Assembly (NCBI RefSeq): GCF_001194135.2
Contig: NC_068990.1
Span: 30,025,561-30,089,560, forward strand
Length of the DNA stretch: 64,000 bases
Direction: 5' to 3'
Origin: Octopus bimaculoides
Taxonomy: Eukaryota
The notes below the pieces were generated by a model that was not told the origin of the DNA, searched no databases, and saw only the letters and a program-made list of their open reading frames with translations. The translations under genes were made by a program, and so were the position numbers. Shown one piece after another: positions 1 to 13,562 of this stretch (position 1 is its first letter; every line of letters starts with the position of its first letter).

Positions 1-21
1 AATAATAATAATAATACACAC

Positions 22-126
22 TGTTTTTAATCGCTTTTCCTTCTTCTTTTGCAGAGTTGGTGGTAAGACATCATCAACAGCAGCAAATTCTAGCTTTTTC
101 CGTCGTTCGTTGTCAATCACTGTTTG
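22..126 (-). CDS. Probable internal coding exon of an unidentified gene (QTVIDNERRKKLEFAAVDDVLPPTLQKKKEKRLKT)
   Basis: Minus-strand acceptor ttttctttctttacag ends at 127, then 105 nt open in phase 0-0, then donor ACA|GTGTGT at 21. Charged, protein-like peptide; no homolog recognised. Confidence 0.5.
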
Positions 127-699
127 CTGTAAAGAAAGAAAAATTTTAATCAAAAGAAATACTGTTCACATTAGGGTTTCTTTCAATAAAGAATACATTT
201 ATATTTGGTTTGTGGTTCAAAATGATATGAATAATAAAAACCTGACTTTGTAACAAATAAAAGTGAGAAGGTAAATTAAAAACTAAAGATATTTCTTCAA
301 TAGATCTCAAGTGACACATGAAGAGTTAAAAAAAAAAACACACATCAAGTTATCCCTTAAAAGAGGGATTCAAGTAGGAGCACTACTCAACTGCTGAATG
401 CTTCTTTAGTTTACAAAACTAGAAAACTGTTTTGTTCGAAGGTTACTAAAGATGGTGATGTTCAGGCTGAATATCAACCACATGAATCTCTTTAGAAGGG
501 ATTGCAAAGGTTATGGGCCTGCCGCTTTTTATTTGACTAAATTGTATTAAAATCAAGTAAGCTTTAGTGGAAAGTACTTTAGCAAAATCTTGGTAGCCTA
601 ATCAGTCTTGGATAATTCCGATATAGAGCTCCAAATTGATTGGTTGCATCAACACTACAAACAAGGTAACTAATTTGATGGAGAGGAATTAACGTCACT

Positions 700-868
700 A
701 AATGACTGACACTGGTTTTATCAGTACGCAACTGGTACTTAATTTATCGACCCCAGATGATGAAAGGCAAAGTTGACCGCGGCGGAATTTGAACTCAGAA
801 CGTAAAGACAGACGAAATACTGCTAAGCATTTCACCCGGTGTGCTAACGTTTCTGCCAGCACGCCACC
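700..868 (-). mobile_element. tRNA-derived SINE, decayed copy
   Basis: Same sequence family as 7760-7968 and 30977-31189 (GAGCTGGCAGAAACGTTAGCAC head, GTTCAAATTCC B-box-like, AAGTACCAGTT body). Confidence 0.8.
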
Positions 869-1599
869 TGAATGATCGCGATTTCAAATTTTGGCACAAG
901 GCCAGCAATTTCAGGAGGACAGTTAGTCGATTACTCTGAAGACGGTGGGTGTAAGTGCACAGCTAAAGGTGTGATGAACTAAATCTACCAACATTATTAG
1001 GGATCTCTGAGCCCCCAGAAACAGCTGTTGGACTTGTAACACCTTTCTTCCACCCCTATAATTTTCTGTGTTGTTTGTACTTCGTGTAGGCTGGCCCTAT
1101 GAATATAAATATCCAAGTGTAATCAGTTGTAGCGTGAGATTAGGCTGATTAAGTATATTACAAACACAAGCAAAAATCACAAAGATTTAACTTATGATTT
1201 ATTTAATGGAAGAATGAACATGAATACATTCTTAAATCCTCACTGGTAGAGAAACTAAGATGTATGAGTCAACCCTTAACAGTGAATGCTCTGATTAAAA
1301 GTTTGTCCTTGATTTGCTTGGCGAGAACTGGGTTGTGTTCTCTTCGAATGCCATGAGATTTTTAGCGCTAAAGTGTGAGTAAGACATCACTGACCAACTT
1401 CTCTGCGTTGACGAATTATCTGCATGCTCTAGTTTCCTCAAATATCTNNNNNNNNNNNNNNNNNNNNNNNNNNNNNNNNNNNNNNNNNNNNNNNNNNNNN
1501 NNNNNNNNNNNNNNNNNNNNNNNNNNNNNNNNNNNNNNNNNNNNNNNNNNNNNNNNNNNNNNNNNNNNNNNNNNNNNNNNNNNNNNNNNTTATGTTTAA

Positions 1600-2750
1600 A
1601 TAAAAAAGATATAATAACAGATAATAACTTTATTTACCAAAATATGTTACGAGGATAAAAGTAAACTTTCTTTTCTATAACGTTATTCAATAAATCCACC
1701 TTCAGCTTCAACAACTGCTTCTATATCAGATCTAAATCATTTACAAGCTCGAATCAAGTGGTTCATTTTGGACATTACTCTGTTTATGGCAGCTTTGAAA
1801 GAATCTTTGGTGTTATGGGTGTGTTCATTGACCTCTCTCTCAACAACGCTCCACATGTAATAGTTCAATGGATTGAGATCTGAGGAATTAGGACGCCAAA
1901 TGTTCGGGGTTACGTGATCATGAAACTTTTCTGTCATCCATTCTTAAGCTACTAGAGCCATGTGTGATAGTGCATTATCTTACTGAAACACATATAGCCT
2001 TCCATTACATACACTGTGTATGCAGCGCATAACAATTATTTCCAGGACCTCAATGTAGGCGGTTAACTGTAAAGCCTTGTGGAAAGAAGTAAGGAGTAAG
2101 GGGGCATCATATATCTTTCATTGCTGACAACGCCGAAAACCATGACAGTTGCAGGAAATTTTGTATGCTTAATATTTGTAGCTTCAGAAGAGTCTGCACA
2201 TAACCATCTGTCATTTCTTCTATTAATTTTTTGATTTTGGTCGAAGTTTTTCTCGTTTGAGAAAAACCAAATCAAATCTGCTGCATTTTTCAGTTTGTTT
2301 AAGAACCTTTTAGATCTGATGTAGTGATTTTCTTTTGCTTTTTCGGACAAATTTATCTTTCTTCATCATATAAGACTTATATCTGATGTCTTCGTGGGCA
2401 ACATTTCTTACTGTTCCTTCTGAAATATGGAGATCTTTCGCAATTGGCCTCATGGACTTTCTGGGATTGTAATCAATGCTTTGTTGAACTTGCTGGAAAA
2501 ATTCAGGTGTTCTGATGATTTTAGAGTGTCTAAAATGCTTCTTTTGCTTTGATCTGGCAACTTTTAAAAATCGTGACATTTCTAAATCGCTATACTCAGG
2601 GTTTTAAGCCACAATAACAGCATTCCACTTCATTTCTTGGGTAAGCTGAGGGTCTGCCATTATTATTTTCTGAAACAAAGATTATACAGAGTTAGCAAAA
2701 AAATACAGCAATGACACAAAAAATGTATGCTCTCAAATACCTTCCACACC

Positions 2751-2754
<4 letters not shown>
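1600..2754 (-). mobile_element. Tc1/mariner maT (DD37D, Bmmar1-like) transposon remnant, copy 1
   Basis: Frameshifted transposase pieces WFFSNEKNF, KFPATVMVFGVVS, WRPNSSDLNPLNYYMW. Terminus TA|CAGGGTGTGG at 2754; the other end runs toward the N-gap at 1448-1590. Confidence 0.85.

Positions 2755-2825
<71 letters not shown>
2755..2825. repeat. (TA)n microsatellite between two maT elements
   Basis: Pure TA run. Confidence 0.95.
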
Positions 2826-2826
<1 letters not shown>

Positions 2827-3420
2827 GGTCTTTCAGATAAATTGAGACAATTTTTACGATGTATAAAACTTATAAATACTAAAAGAATGGTAGTAGAGAC
2901 AGATATAATTTTAATGTAACAGTTATTACGACAAAAACATTTATCACTCAATATGGCCGCCCTTTTGGTCAATTGCTGCCTCTACACGAGAACGGAATTT
3001 TTTTGCAGCTTCCGCAACCTCTGCCTTTTTTATTTTGCATGTCGCATGCACAATGCGGGTCCTCAAACTGTTGACATTCGAGTGTGGTGAAGCATTAGTC
3101 ACTGCTTGAAGTACCCCACATAAAAAGTAATCGGGAAAGTTGAAATCAGATGTTGGTCCTCACAAAATATGGTACCTTGTCGCCGAGGAAGGACGATGCT
3201 GTTGTAACCCATGGCACGGTGCAGAAACCCGAATAAGCACCACATTGTCAAGCGCAAACTTCTGCTCCGTCCAAGGTAACAGAAAGTTCTTCAGGATGTC
3301 CAGATACTCCTTTGTGCCGATCTTCAAGCTAGACTCAATGAAGTGTAGATTCATGACAGTTACATCACTCGCCACAACTCCAAATACAGTCTAAGAGGCA
3401 GCATTCAGCATTCTTAGTTT
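2826..3420 (-). mobile_element. maT (DD37D) transposon 3' half, copy 2, different subfamily
   Basis: TVFGVVASDVTVMNLHFIESSLKIGTKEYLDILKNFLLPW ... DFNFPDYF ... FRSRVEAAIDQKGGHIE*; terminus next to the TA run at 2826. Confidence 0.8.
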
Positions 3421-3499
3421 CAAACACAGAGGGAACGTCAGAAGGGTGTATTGCAATTATTCGAGAATTATTCGAAAATGCAATTATTCGAGATTCATC

Positions 3500-4510
3500 T
3501 CAGCGTTCACTGAACTTCTCGTCCACAAACACGAGAGTTTATCCTGTACCTTGTAGAACTTCCAAACTGAAATACTTTTGCTTTGAATTCTTTCCATAGA
3601 TTGTTTGGATCACGATTGATACTTTCTATAGCGTCGTGGAATATTTGAAGGTTGCTTGGGAATTCGAAGTTTGCGTCATCTAACTTTTTGCATATATGGT
3701 ACAGGACATCGAAAAACGTTAAACACAATGAGAAACGAAAACATAAAGACGAAAAAGGAAAACGAACTTTTTTGAACAATGAAAAGAACACACACAGATG
3801 TGGAGCCATCAGCAGAGAGCAGAGGTGTCGGTCTTCTACTTGAAGGCCCGTAGACGGCTTTGATGAGGTTAAACAGCTCTCTTTTCCCACCAAGCATCTT
3901 GCATGGCGTTGAGGTTTTTCGCTGAGCTTTGACCTTCGCGTCGTGAGACACAGCTGGGATGGTTCTGCCAGTTGATGTAGGCGTTTCTCTTCTCTTTCAG
4001 CAGGGCTTGGATGACTTCATTGTTTTCGTCAAACTAGTCTTGATGATGTCTCTTCCTGGGGACCAAGGACTGCTTTGGCTGTCTGAGTGAACGCTTCTTT
4101 GAACTGGTTCCATTTTTCCTCTGGCCTTCCAGTAAGCGGACTTGCTGCATCAAAGCTGTTCTGGAAGTCCTGCTAGTATTGATTAGACTGGAGTCTTGCT
4201 GTGTTGAAGGCCTGCTTGATGAGCTTTGGGATGCTTGGGATTGTGGGGGACTATGCGAATGTTGAGCTTGGCTCGAACAAGGTGGTGGTTCGTCCAGCAG
4301 TCTGCACTGCGCATTGCTCTGATGATGAGGACTTCACTAACGTAGTCTCACTGATGTAGTCTATGAGACGCCACTGTTTGGCTCGGGGGCGCATCTACGT
4401 GTTCTTCTATATATCAGCCTGCTCGAGGACTGTGTTTGTGATAAGCAGTTCATGTTCTGCACACTTGCTCAGCAGGAGGAGTCCGTTGCACTCCATCTTG
4501 CCTACAGCAT
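3500..4510 (-). mobile_element. RTE-clade LINE fragment (end of AP endonuclease and linker before RT)
   Basis: Degenerate frames give KCAEHELLITNT, MRPRAKQWRLIDY, LIKAVYGP, PLLSADG, typical of RTE ORF2. Confidence 0.75.
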
Positions 4511-5004
4511 GCTCGAAATACAGCAACATGTAGTTTTTTCTAATAAATAAGATATGAACTTCCAGAAGTGATATCCTGAAAGTTTAATTTAATCTATTTC
4601 AATGCTTCGATCAATTTTATTCCAGCATGAAGAGGTTGTCTTAAAACTGTTGTATATTTTCTTTCTGTTTTTCTCTGATAAATGTTTTCATCTTTTTATC
4701 ATTTCAATCCCTTTTATCATTTCAATGTGGCAGAAGTAACGCTTTTTGTATTTGCGTTTTCTAGTTTCTAAATGAGTTACTTTTTCATTTCCTAAAACGT
4801 CTGTGATTTATTTTTCATTGGTTTCTTATTCATTTCTTTAAGTAATGCAATAAATTTGGGTTCAATAAAAAAATTACTTAATAAACATTTATATACTATC
4901 AAAGTTATTAAATGCAAAAACGGTGTTACTTCTGCCGCAACCTGTATTTCCTCATGTTGGACTTTATAATATTGTGTATATATTTATGTGTGCATGCACA
5001 TACA

Positions 5005-5050
<46 letters not shown>

Positions 5051-5454
5051 ATATATATATATATAACATATATAACAACATATATACATACATACTGGAA
5101 CAAGTGTATTAAATATAATTATTAAAAATAAAATATCCAACCATTATGAGGTACACAGTGCATATATATGTACATTTATGCACACACTCCCTCCCCCCAC
5201 ACACACACATACACTTTTTCTCTCGTTGTCTTTTTCCCTCCTCCTCTCCTCCTAGACAACACCCAATCTCAAACGCTAGTCTTTCACTCACATTTGTCCC
5301 CTTTCTTCCCCATACTACCACTTACACTCCTACAGGTACTCTCACTTACTCACCTGATACATATATGTATGCATGAAAGGAGACAGACACAGGCAGACAC
5401 ATTTAGAAATTGCTTGAAGCAGACGACACTTTTGTTCTGATAGGTTTGTTCACC

Positions 5455-5597
5455 ATGGACTACGAAGAAGTGATTGGGACAATTGGAGGATGTGGACTTT
5501 ATCAGAAACTGATGCTAGCTTTCCTCTTTTCTTCATCCATTATGGATGGTTTACAAATTGGAAGCATGATATTTATTGTACCTGACTTAGATTACAG
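5455..5597 (+). CDS. SLC22: SLC22 coding exon 1 ([18 protein letters not shown]...VPDLDY)
   Basis: caccATGG Kozak context; donor AG|GTAAGT, phase 2. An acceptor-like ttctgatag at 5443 suggests a non-coding exon further upstream. Confidence 0.92.
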
Positions 5598-8500
5598 GTA
5601 AGTTTATAATAATGATTTCTTCGTATTATTATTTATTCTAGGGGTGTGGTTGAAATGGTGGCGCTTCAACCAAAAATTCTTTGAAACAATTTTTCTTTTG
5701 TTGTTTGAGGTTAAAAACCTTTCTTCCTGCCCCTACCATGGGTTTACGATACCTGTAAACTTTACACTTGATTTTATTGACCTTTTGAGATCATCCCTGC
5801 ATATTCTCTGCCCATAATTCCTGGGAGGGTCATGAGGACAGAGTCCTCAGTTACCTCACCCATAGGGTCCTATCAGAAGCAACTTCCTAAATCTCTTTCC
5901 CAGACACCTAGTTATAGACTTGAAGAGGGAGGCTCAACAAGGGGATTCTCCTATAATTAGAACCTTCTCTCTTTTGTCCCCCTTTTTAAAAACCCCTTCA
6001 GGCATTAATAAATAAAATACTAACGATGTAGTGTCATTGATTTAATCAAGGGTTCCCTCATCTCTCACTCCAGAATTCCTGATTTTTATATTTCTATCTT
6101 TTGTTTCACTCATTGGGCTGCAGCCATTGGCTTTCAACCTTCTGGGGTCAAGTACTGGGATTTAAGGCTTTAACCAACACCACACCCTAATACACAAATT
6201 TCTGTACCTTTTGTTAGAAGCGATTATTATTTGGTTGGTGGATTTGTTAGGGAACTGGACAAAATAATTTGTGGTGTTTAGTTACAATTGTTTACATTCT
6301 GAGTTCAAATGCCATCAAAGTCACCTTTGCCTTTAATCCTTTATGGGGACAATAGAATGAAATACCAGTAAAGACCACTTCAGGACCAGTCAGGTTTTTC
6401 TCGAGTCTACCGCTTCATTTGGCAGGGACACAGCCCAGCTTTCAATGACTAAAAATTCAACCCTCCTCCTGAATGGGTTACCAGTCTACCTAAGGGATAA
6501 CCTCTCCCACCAATTTATTACTGGTACTTTTATTCAACTGAGGAAACTGGAGTAACATGAAAGGAAACGTTTTACACCAAAAGCACAATGTGTTGACTAG
6601 TCTGGGAAGTGAAACAATGACCTTGCAGTTATGAGTGCAACACATTAACCATTAGGCTACACGTCTTCCCTGATAGCCTTTAGTGTCTCTAAGGTGGTGA
6701 GCTGGACAGAATGCTTTGTGGCATTTCGTCCATCTTTATGTTCTGAATTGAAATTCCACAGAGCTTGGCTTTGCCTTTCTTTCCCTTTTCGTGGGGGGAG
6801 GTGAGATAAAATGAGTAGCAGTTGAGAACGGTGTGGAGATGGAGGTATGTCAATGTAATCGATTTACCCCCTCCTCTGAAATTTCTGGTCTAGTGTCAGA
6901 ATTTGAAACCAATAATACATATACTGGGTCTGGTTTTAACAGAGTAACCCCCTCCCTACCTTGAATTTACGGCATTGTCCCTTCGTCAGAAATGATTGAA
7001 TATTATTTGGTTAATGACTAAGGATGCTGAACTGGCAGACCAAATTGTGTCAGACAAAATTCTTTATGGTACTTCTGGTTCTTCATATTGTGGTTTCGAA
7101 TCCTACTGTGGTCTACGTTGTCTTTCACTCTGCAGGCATCAACGACAAAATATTGTTCCATTCACATTCAGGGGTCAATGCCCAACCCCAAAATTTCTTG
7201 CTTTGTTCTATTCTAGAAACAATTACTACAATGGCAGCGACCAGCAAAATCTGTGGAACATTGGAGAAAATGTTTGTAGTATTTTCCGATGCCTCCTCAC
7301 GTTCTGAGTATAGGCATGGGGCTTAGTGGTGAGGCAATTCAGCTCATGGTCATAGGGTCGGGAGTTCAATTCCCTGCAGTGCATTGTGTCCTTGAGCAAC
7401 ACACTTTATTTCACGTTGCTCCAGTCCACTCAGTTTGCAAAAAACAAGTTGTACCTGTAATTAAAAGGGGCCAGCCTTGTCACAGTCTGTGTCATGCTAA
7501 ATCTCCCTGTAAACTACGTGATAGGTACGTGGAGGACTCAGCCACATGCACGTTAATTTCATGAACAGGCTGTTCCATTGATTGAATCAACTGGAACCCT
7601 CGTTGCCATAATCTACAGTGTGCTAGTTTTTTTTTCTTTTTTTGGGTGGGGGGGTCACGCCTTGATTCCAAATCAAGAGTGAGGAAATTGATTCCAGAGT
7701 GAGGAAATTGTCAGCCGTGTCTTTTATAAGAAGCGTCGTCGCTGTTAAAAACATCTTTTTCTACTCTAGGTACAAGGCCCGAAATTTCGGGGTGGGGGTC
7801 CAGTCGATTATATCAACGCCAGTACGCAACTGCTATTTAATTTATCGACCCCGAAAGGATGAAAGGCAAAGTCGACCTCGGCGAAATTTGAACTCAGAAC
7901 GTAAAGACAGACGAAATACTGTTAAGCATTTCGCCCGGCGTGCTAATGTTTCTGCCAGCTCGCCTCCTTGCTGTTAGAAATATCAAATCACAGAAAACAC
8001 AATTCAAAATCGCAATATGAAATAAGAGCAAATATAAACGTAGGTTAGTTGGTTGGTTGGTTGGTTGGTTGTTTGGCTGGCTGGCTGGTTGGTTGGTTGG
8101 TTGGTTCGTTCGTTGGTTAGTTCGTTCGTTCGTTCACTGGAGAGGAAATAAAAAATTAAAGAAATTGAAAATGCCTGAGATCTAAAGTCTTGCTGTATAT
8201 TATTATATTTTTCTATATATTATGTTATATATTACTAGAAAAATGTTAAATTTTTGCTTAGATCAGTCAAGGGCATTTACTCCCTCAAACCCCACAAACT
8301 CCGCTATTGTAAAATATTTACAAAAAATTCCCCATTTTCGGAGTTTAGGGGGCTTGAGGGAGTAAATGCTCTCAATTGATCTCAGCAAAAATTTTGTATT
8401 TTTCTAGTAATTAAATATAGTAGCATTTTAGCTCTCAGGCATTTTCAGTTTTTAGAATTTTTTTTCTTTTCACTGCACCCTGTGCTCTTTACATTGTATG

Positions 8501-8807
8501 GAAAGAAGTAACACAAGAGATTCAGGATGAAGGCACATAATAAATTTGGTGACGGGGGGTGGGGGTGGCATTTCACTTGCTGGCATGGGTTGGAGAGTTA
8601 GTAATGTAGAAAGTTGGTATCTCAGTTACTAGCAGTTGAGACCTGCATAATGTAGACGGTGTTTTTAAATTTCATAATTCACTTAACCCGGGCAACGCCG
8701 GGTATTTCTGCTAGTATATATACACACACATATATATAATATACAGAGTGTCCTAAATATAAGGCAACCAATTTCTTCAGTTTTGTCGATGTGACAGCAC
8801 GTCCGTC

Positions 8808-8843
<36 letters not shown>

Positions 8844-9479
8844 CTGCCTCTACCTCTCTCTCTTCTCTTCGTACGTGACCGGTGTTCAGCCAAGCCTGAC
8901 CTTTCTTTCTTGGGCGGCCGTTGTGCGTGCAACATCGTTATTCCTCCCTGTGCCTGTGTAATCTTGTATCCCTGCTGTAAGGCCTTATTTCCATACACGC
9001 CAGCTTATTTTTATTCGTCCTTAGTCGAAAGACTTCTGTTGTTATGTCCTGTTATTATTCCTACTGTATTTGTGTAACATTGTTCGGTTTTTTCCGTCCT
9101 TGTTTTTGTATACATTCGCTGCTTTCTTCCAAGGAATCTAATGCTCTTAGCTTAGTTTTTCCTTGGGGCTGGCCAGATTGGAGCAATATCGAGAATAACC
9201 AGCCGAAATTGCAAGGCTAATCTGGATCTCGACTGAAGAAAGAAAACACCGAATGACCTGTCCGTGTTTTCTTTGTATCGTCTATCTGTATGTTTTGTCC
9301 CTTTCTTGTATCACNNNNNNNNNNNNNNNNNNNNNNNNNNNNNNNNNNNNNNNNNNNNNNNNNNNNNNNNNNNNNNNNNNNNNNNNNNNNNNNNNNNNNN
9401 NNNNNNNNNNNNNNNNNNNNNNNNNNNNNNNNNNNNNNNNNNNNNNNNNNNNNNNNNNNNNNNNNNNNNNNNNNNNNNN

Positions 9480-9519
<40 letters not shown>

Positions 9520-10400
9520 CGACGGGGTTCTTTCAGTTTCCATCAACCAAATCCACACAACCATGCCTGCGCTATGTAATATATGAACAAATAGCAACGG
9601 ATGGATAATAGTTCATTCACTACAGCTGTTTCCAACGAGATTTTTTTTATTGATGAAGAGAGATATTACATCATGCATAAATCCGTTTTTATCTGGTGAA
9701 TATACACGAATTACATATTTGAAAAACACGTTCCAAAAGTCACTTCATGATTCCCTGACCGGCACTGGTCAAAAGAATGAATTCGCTTGTTCAATTAATA
9801 CTTAAAATAGGAAAAAACCTTACGGTGGCATGAAGTGTTGGGGAGAGCATTTATAGCAGTAGGAAGATTAGAGGAAAGGGTATAATAATATTCGGTTCAC
9901 CTTCTAAAGGACAGTCATTTTATTTTATCTATAATCTTTAAGAGACTGAACGACAGAGTTCTAGACAATGGACTTTAAAAGATAATGTGGGAAGTGAATG
10001 GGGGAGGATACAAAATAGGGGCTGACACCTTGATATCATTTTATTTGTGATGAGGCGGAAGATAAATGGTTTATTTACATAGAGAGGGGAAAAAGCGTAT
10101 ATAGTAGGACTAACTAGGAATTTATCATTTTTTCATATATTTGTTCAGATCTGGAATTCATTCATCCTTCATATAATACCATAAATGGTACGTAGGGCAT
10201 TTATTTTTATTTTATTTCTATTTTATTTCATTTTTATTGTAATTTTTTCAGTGAACTTCTTTTACATCGTGTGATATCAGGTTTTCGCTATCTTTTCTTT
10301 TTCTTATGCATTATTCTTTTTCAAATACACTTCTCAATCAATAAAAGTAACTTATTTAAAAGTGTTTTTTGTTACAATTTGTGCGCGCGCATGTGCGTGC

Positions 10401-10442
<42 letters not shown>

Positions 10443-11655
10443 TATGTAAGTTATTCAGAATGTTCAAAGTAATGAGAATCAGATCACTGATGCGTGGTTT
10501 CCAAAAGTAACTTCTTTAAATGTGGTTTTTGTTACAATTTGTGCGTACGTATGTGTGTATGTGTTTAAATGCATATATTCACGTACACACACAAATTCTG
10601 AAGTACTTATGACCTAAAAAATAATAGAATTTAAGAGCTCAGTTGTTTAACAAGATCTTATTGATATTTCCAAATTATCATTTTGTTTACAGTTGTTTCT
10701 ATGAGTCATACAAAGATATCGTCAACCATTTAATTATTAATTGTAATTATTAAACTCATTTACTTGAATGTGACGTGGAAATCATTTCATCAAAAACGTT
10801 TTTGTGATATGGAAAGATGGTTCATCTGGAAAAGCAGCTTAGACCCCGCTACATGTCTAAATTCAAGAACTGAACTTTTTGGATCATGTCCACATATGAC
10901 TAAATATTTACGTTTTTGGTTCCATCCAAGAATACAGATAGAACCTGCTTTTTTATATTGTGCCCACGTACAAGCATTTTATCTCTCTATATTTTTTTAA
11001 TATATTTTTACATATTTTTTCTATGTATTACCACTCACCCTGCATTTTTTTTTTTGTGCATGTGCGTATATAGACGTGTATATGAACACATTTGTGCGCG
11101 CATGGGTATATACACGCGTGTGTGTATGCGTGTGTGTGTATGCGTGTGTGTGTGTGTGTGTGCGTGTGTGCGGGTATGTATATGTGTACGTGTGTATGGT
11201 TGCACATATATATGTATACATATAGATGTGTGGGGGAGTGCATGCATGTGTTTCACGCGAGTGTGAGTGAGCATATGCTTATAGGCACATGTAGGTGGGT
11301 GTGTATGCACGCAAGTGTATGTATGTATATGCGCGCATACGCGAATTCTATGAGCGTTTTTTACATTCTCCACTTCGGGTGTTTCCCTTTATTCAACAGT
11401 CATTCTAATAGCTCTTGTTTGTCTTAATAACGGTCAATTACATAGTAATTTCCCTTTGTTTAACGGTCATTTTCATAGCATTTTTGTTTGTCTTAATAAC
11501 TGACGAGATGCCGGAGCAGATTTCCGCCCCGACATCCGAAACTCGGAGTTTTATTATGGCAACCGAATAATTGTCACATATTACATTACAAATAAATTCC
11601 TCTATTTACATAATATCGAGGTCTCATTCATTCTTTTGTTGCCATACTATTACCA

Positions 11656-11698
<43 letters not shown>

Positions 11699-11751
11699 TA
11701 ATTATATTTATATTATTTAATTAAACACCACGCATCCATTACTAAGTAAGT

Positions 11752-11786
<35 letters not shown>

Positions 11787-13505
11787 TTTGTTTATATTTA
11801 TGTTTTGCCTATATATGCCTGTATATGTATGTAGCCATGTACCTATGTCTGTATGTTTAGTGTATAGATTGTTTGACATGTGTATGTATTGCTAAAATGT
11901 GTGTGTAACTTAGCGGGAAAAATTTTTAAACGATATATCTTTTAATTTATTTCGTATGTGTATTTCGTGTGCAAGATTCTTGATGTGGATACGTGTGTCT
12001 CTCTACTTCAAAATAAATGGAAGTGGAGAGACAAGTTACTGAAGAGATTGCAAGAGTGCAATGAAATAATTTAACAAAAAACTATATAAATTAATAAAGT
12101 ACTGAACCAGTGCGTGTGTTTATTACCGGCATAATGCCTCTCCCAAGGTTTAATTGTGTTTTAATTTATTAATTTATCATTATTTTTACAGCTAATTATT
12201 TACCTTGGGTATTCAGGTCTTTTTCCTTTATAAGCTATTTTTGATTTAAGGTTTTCGATTTTCTATGATTTTCAACTGCAATTTGTTATTTCATGCAACC
12301 GGTTATGGAAAAGACCGTTAGTTGAAAAGTCTAATGAAACAAAACCATTTTCAAATGTGTATCAGTCAAAGTAATTGTATTTCTGCATATAACATAATCT
12401 TGCTCCATTCTAAACAAAATTGTCCGACGAATGGGAACGTGAAACTGTGAGTAACGGTTTTTGTGATATTTTTGCTGCTTTTTAATAAATCATATTACAC
12501 TACCTCTAGTATTCGAGTACTATTTTTTTCCACCTTGTTTCACATTTATGTGCTTACTCTGGTATATATATATATATNNNNNNNNNNNNNNNNNNNNNNN
12601 NNNNNNNNNNNNNNNNNNNNNNNNNNNNNNNNNNNNNNNNNNNNNNNNNNNNNNNNNNNNNNNNNNNNNNNNNNNNNNNNNNNNNNNNNNNNNNNNNNNN
12701 NNNNNNNNNNNNNNNNNNNNNNNNNNNNNNNNNNNNNNNNNNNNNNNNNNNNNNNNNNNNNNNNNNNNNNNNNNNNNNNNNNNNNNNNNNNNNNNNNNNN
12801 NNNNNNNNNNNNNNNNNNNNNNNNNNNNNNNNNNNNNNNNNNNNNNNNNNNNNNNNNNNNNNNNNNNNNNNNNNNNNNNNNNNNNNNNNNNNNNNNNNNN
12901 NNNNNNNNNNNNNNNNNNNNNNNNNNNNNNNNNNNNNNNNNNNNNNNNNNNNNNNNNNNNNNNNNNNNNNNNNNNNNNNNNNNNNNNNNNNNNNNNNNNN
13001 NNNNNNNNNNNNNNNNNNNNNNNNNNNNNNNNNNNNNNNNNNNNNNNNNNNNNNNNNNNNNNNNNNNNNNNNNNNNNNNNNNNNNNNNNNNNNNNNNNNN
13101 NNNNNNNNNNNNNNNNNNNNNNNNNNNNNNNNNNNNNNNNNNNNNNNNNNNNNNNNNNNNNNNNNNNNNNNNNNNNNNNNNNNNNNNNNNNNNNNNNNNN
13201 NNNNNNNNNNNNNNNNNNNNNNNNNNNNNNNNNNNNNNNNNNNNNNNNNNNNNNNNNNNNNNNNNNNNNNNNNNNNNNNNNNNNNNNNNNNNNNNNNNNN
13301 NNNNNNNNNNNNNNNNNNNNNNNNNNNNNNNNNNNNNNNNNNNNNNNNNNNNNNNNNNNNNNNNNNNNNNNNNNNNNNNNNNNNNNNNNNNNNNNNNNNN
13401 NNNNNNNNNNNNNNNNNNNNNNNNNNNNNNNNNNNNNNNNNNNNNNNNNNNNNNNNNNNNNNNNNNNNNNNNNNNNNNNNNNNNNNNNNNNNNNNNNNNN
13501 NNNNN

Positions 13506-13562
<57 letters not shown>

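Noticed and set aside
30-70. Plus-strand acceptor-like tract followed by GGTAAG, suggesting a micro-exon
   Set aside because: The pyrimidine tract is the antisense of the Lys/Glu-rich codons of the minus-strand exon at 22-126.
9225-9265. CTGAAGA...CCGAA hammerhead-like string
   Set aside because: No convincing helix I or II and GAAA is incomplete.
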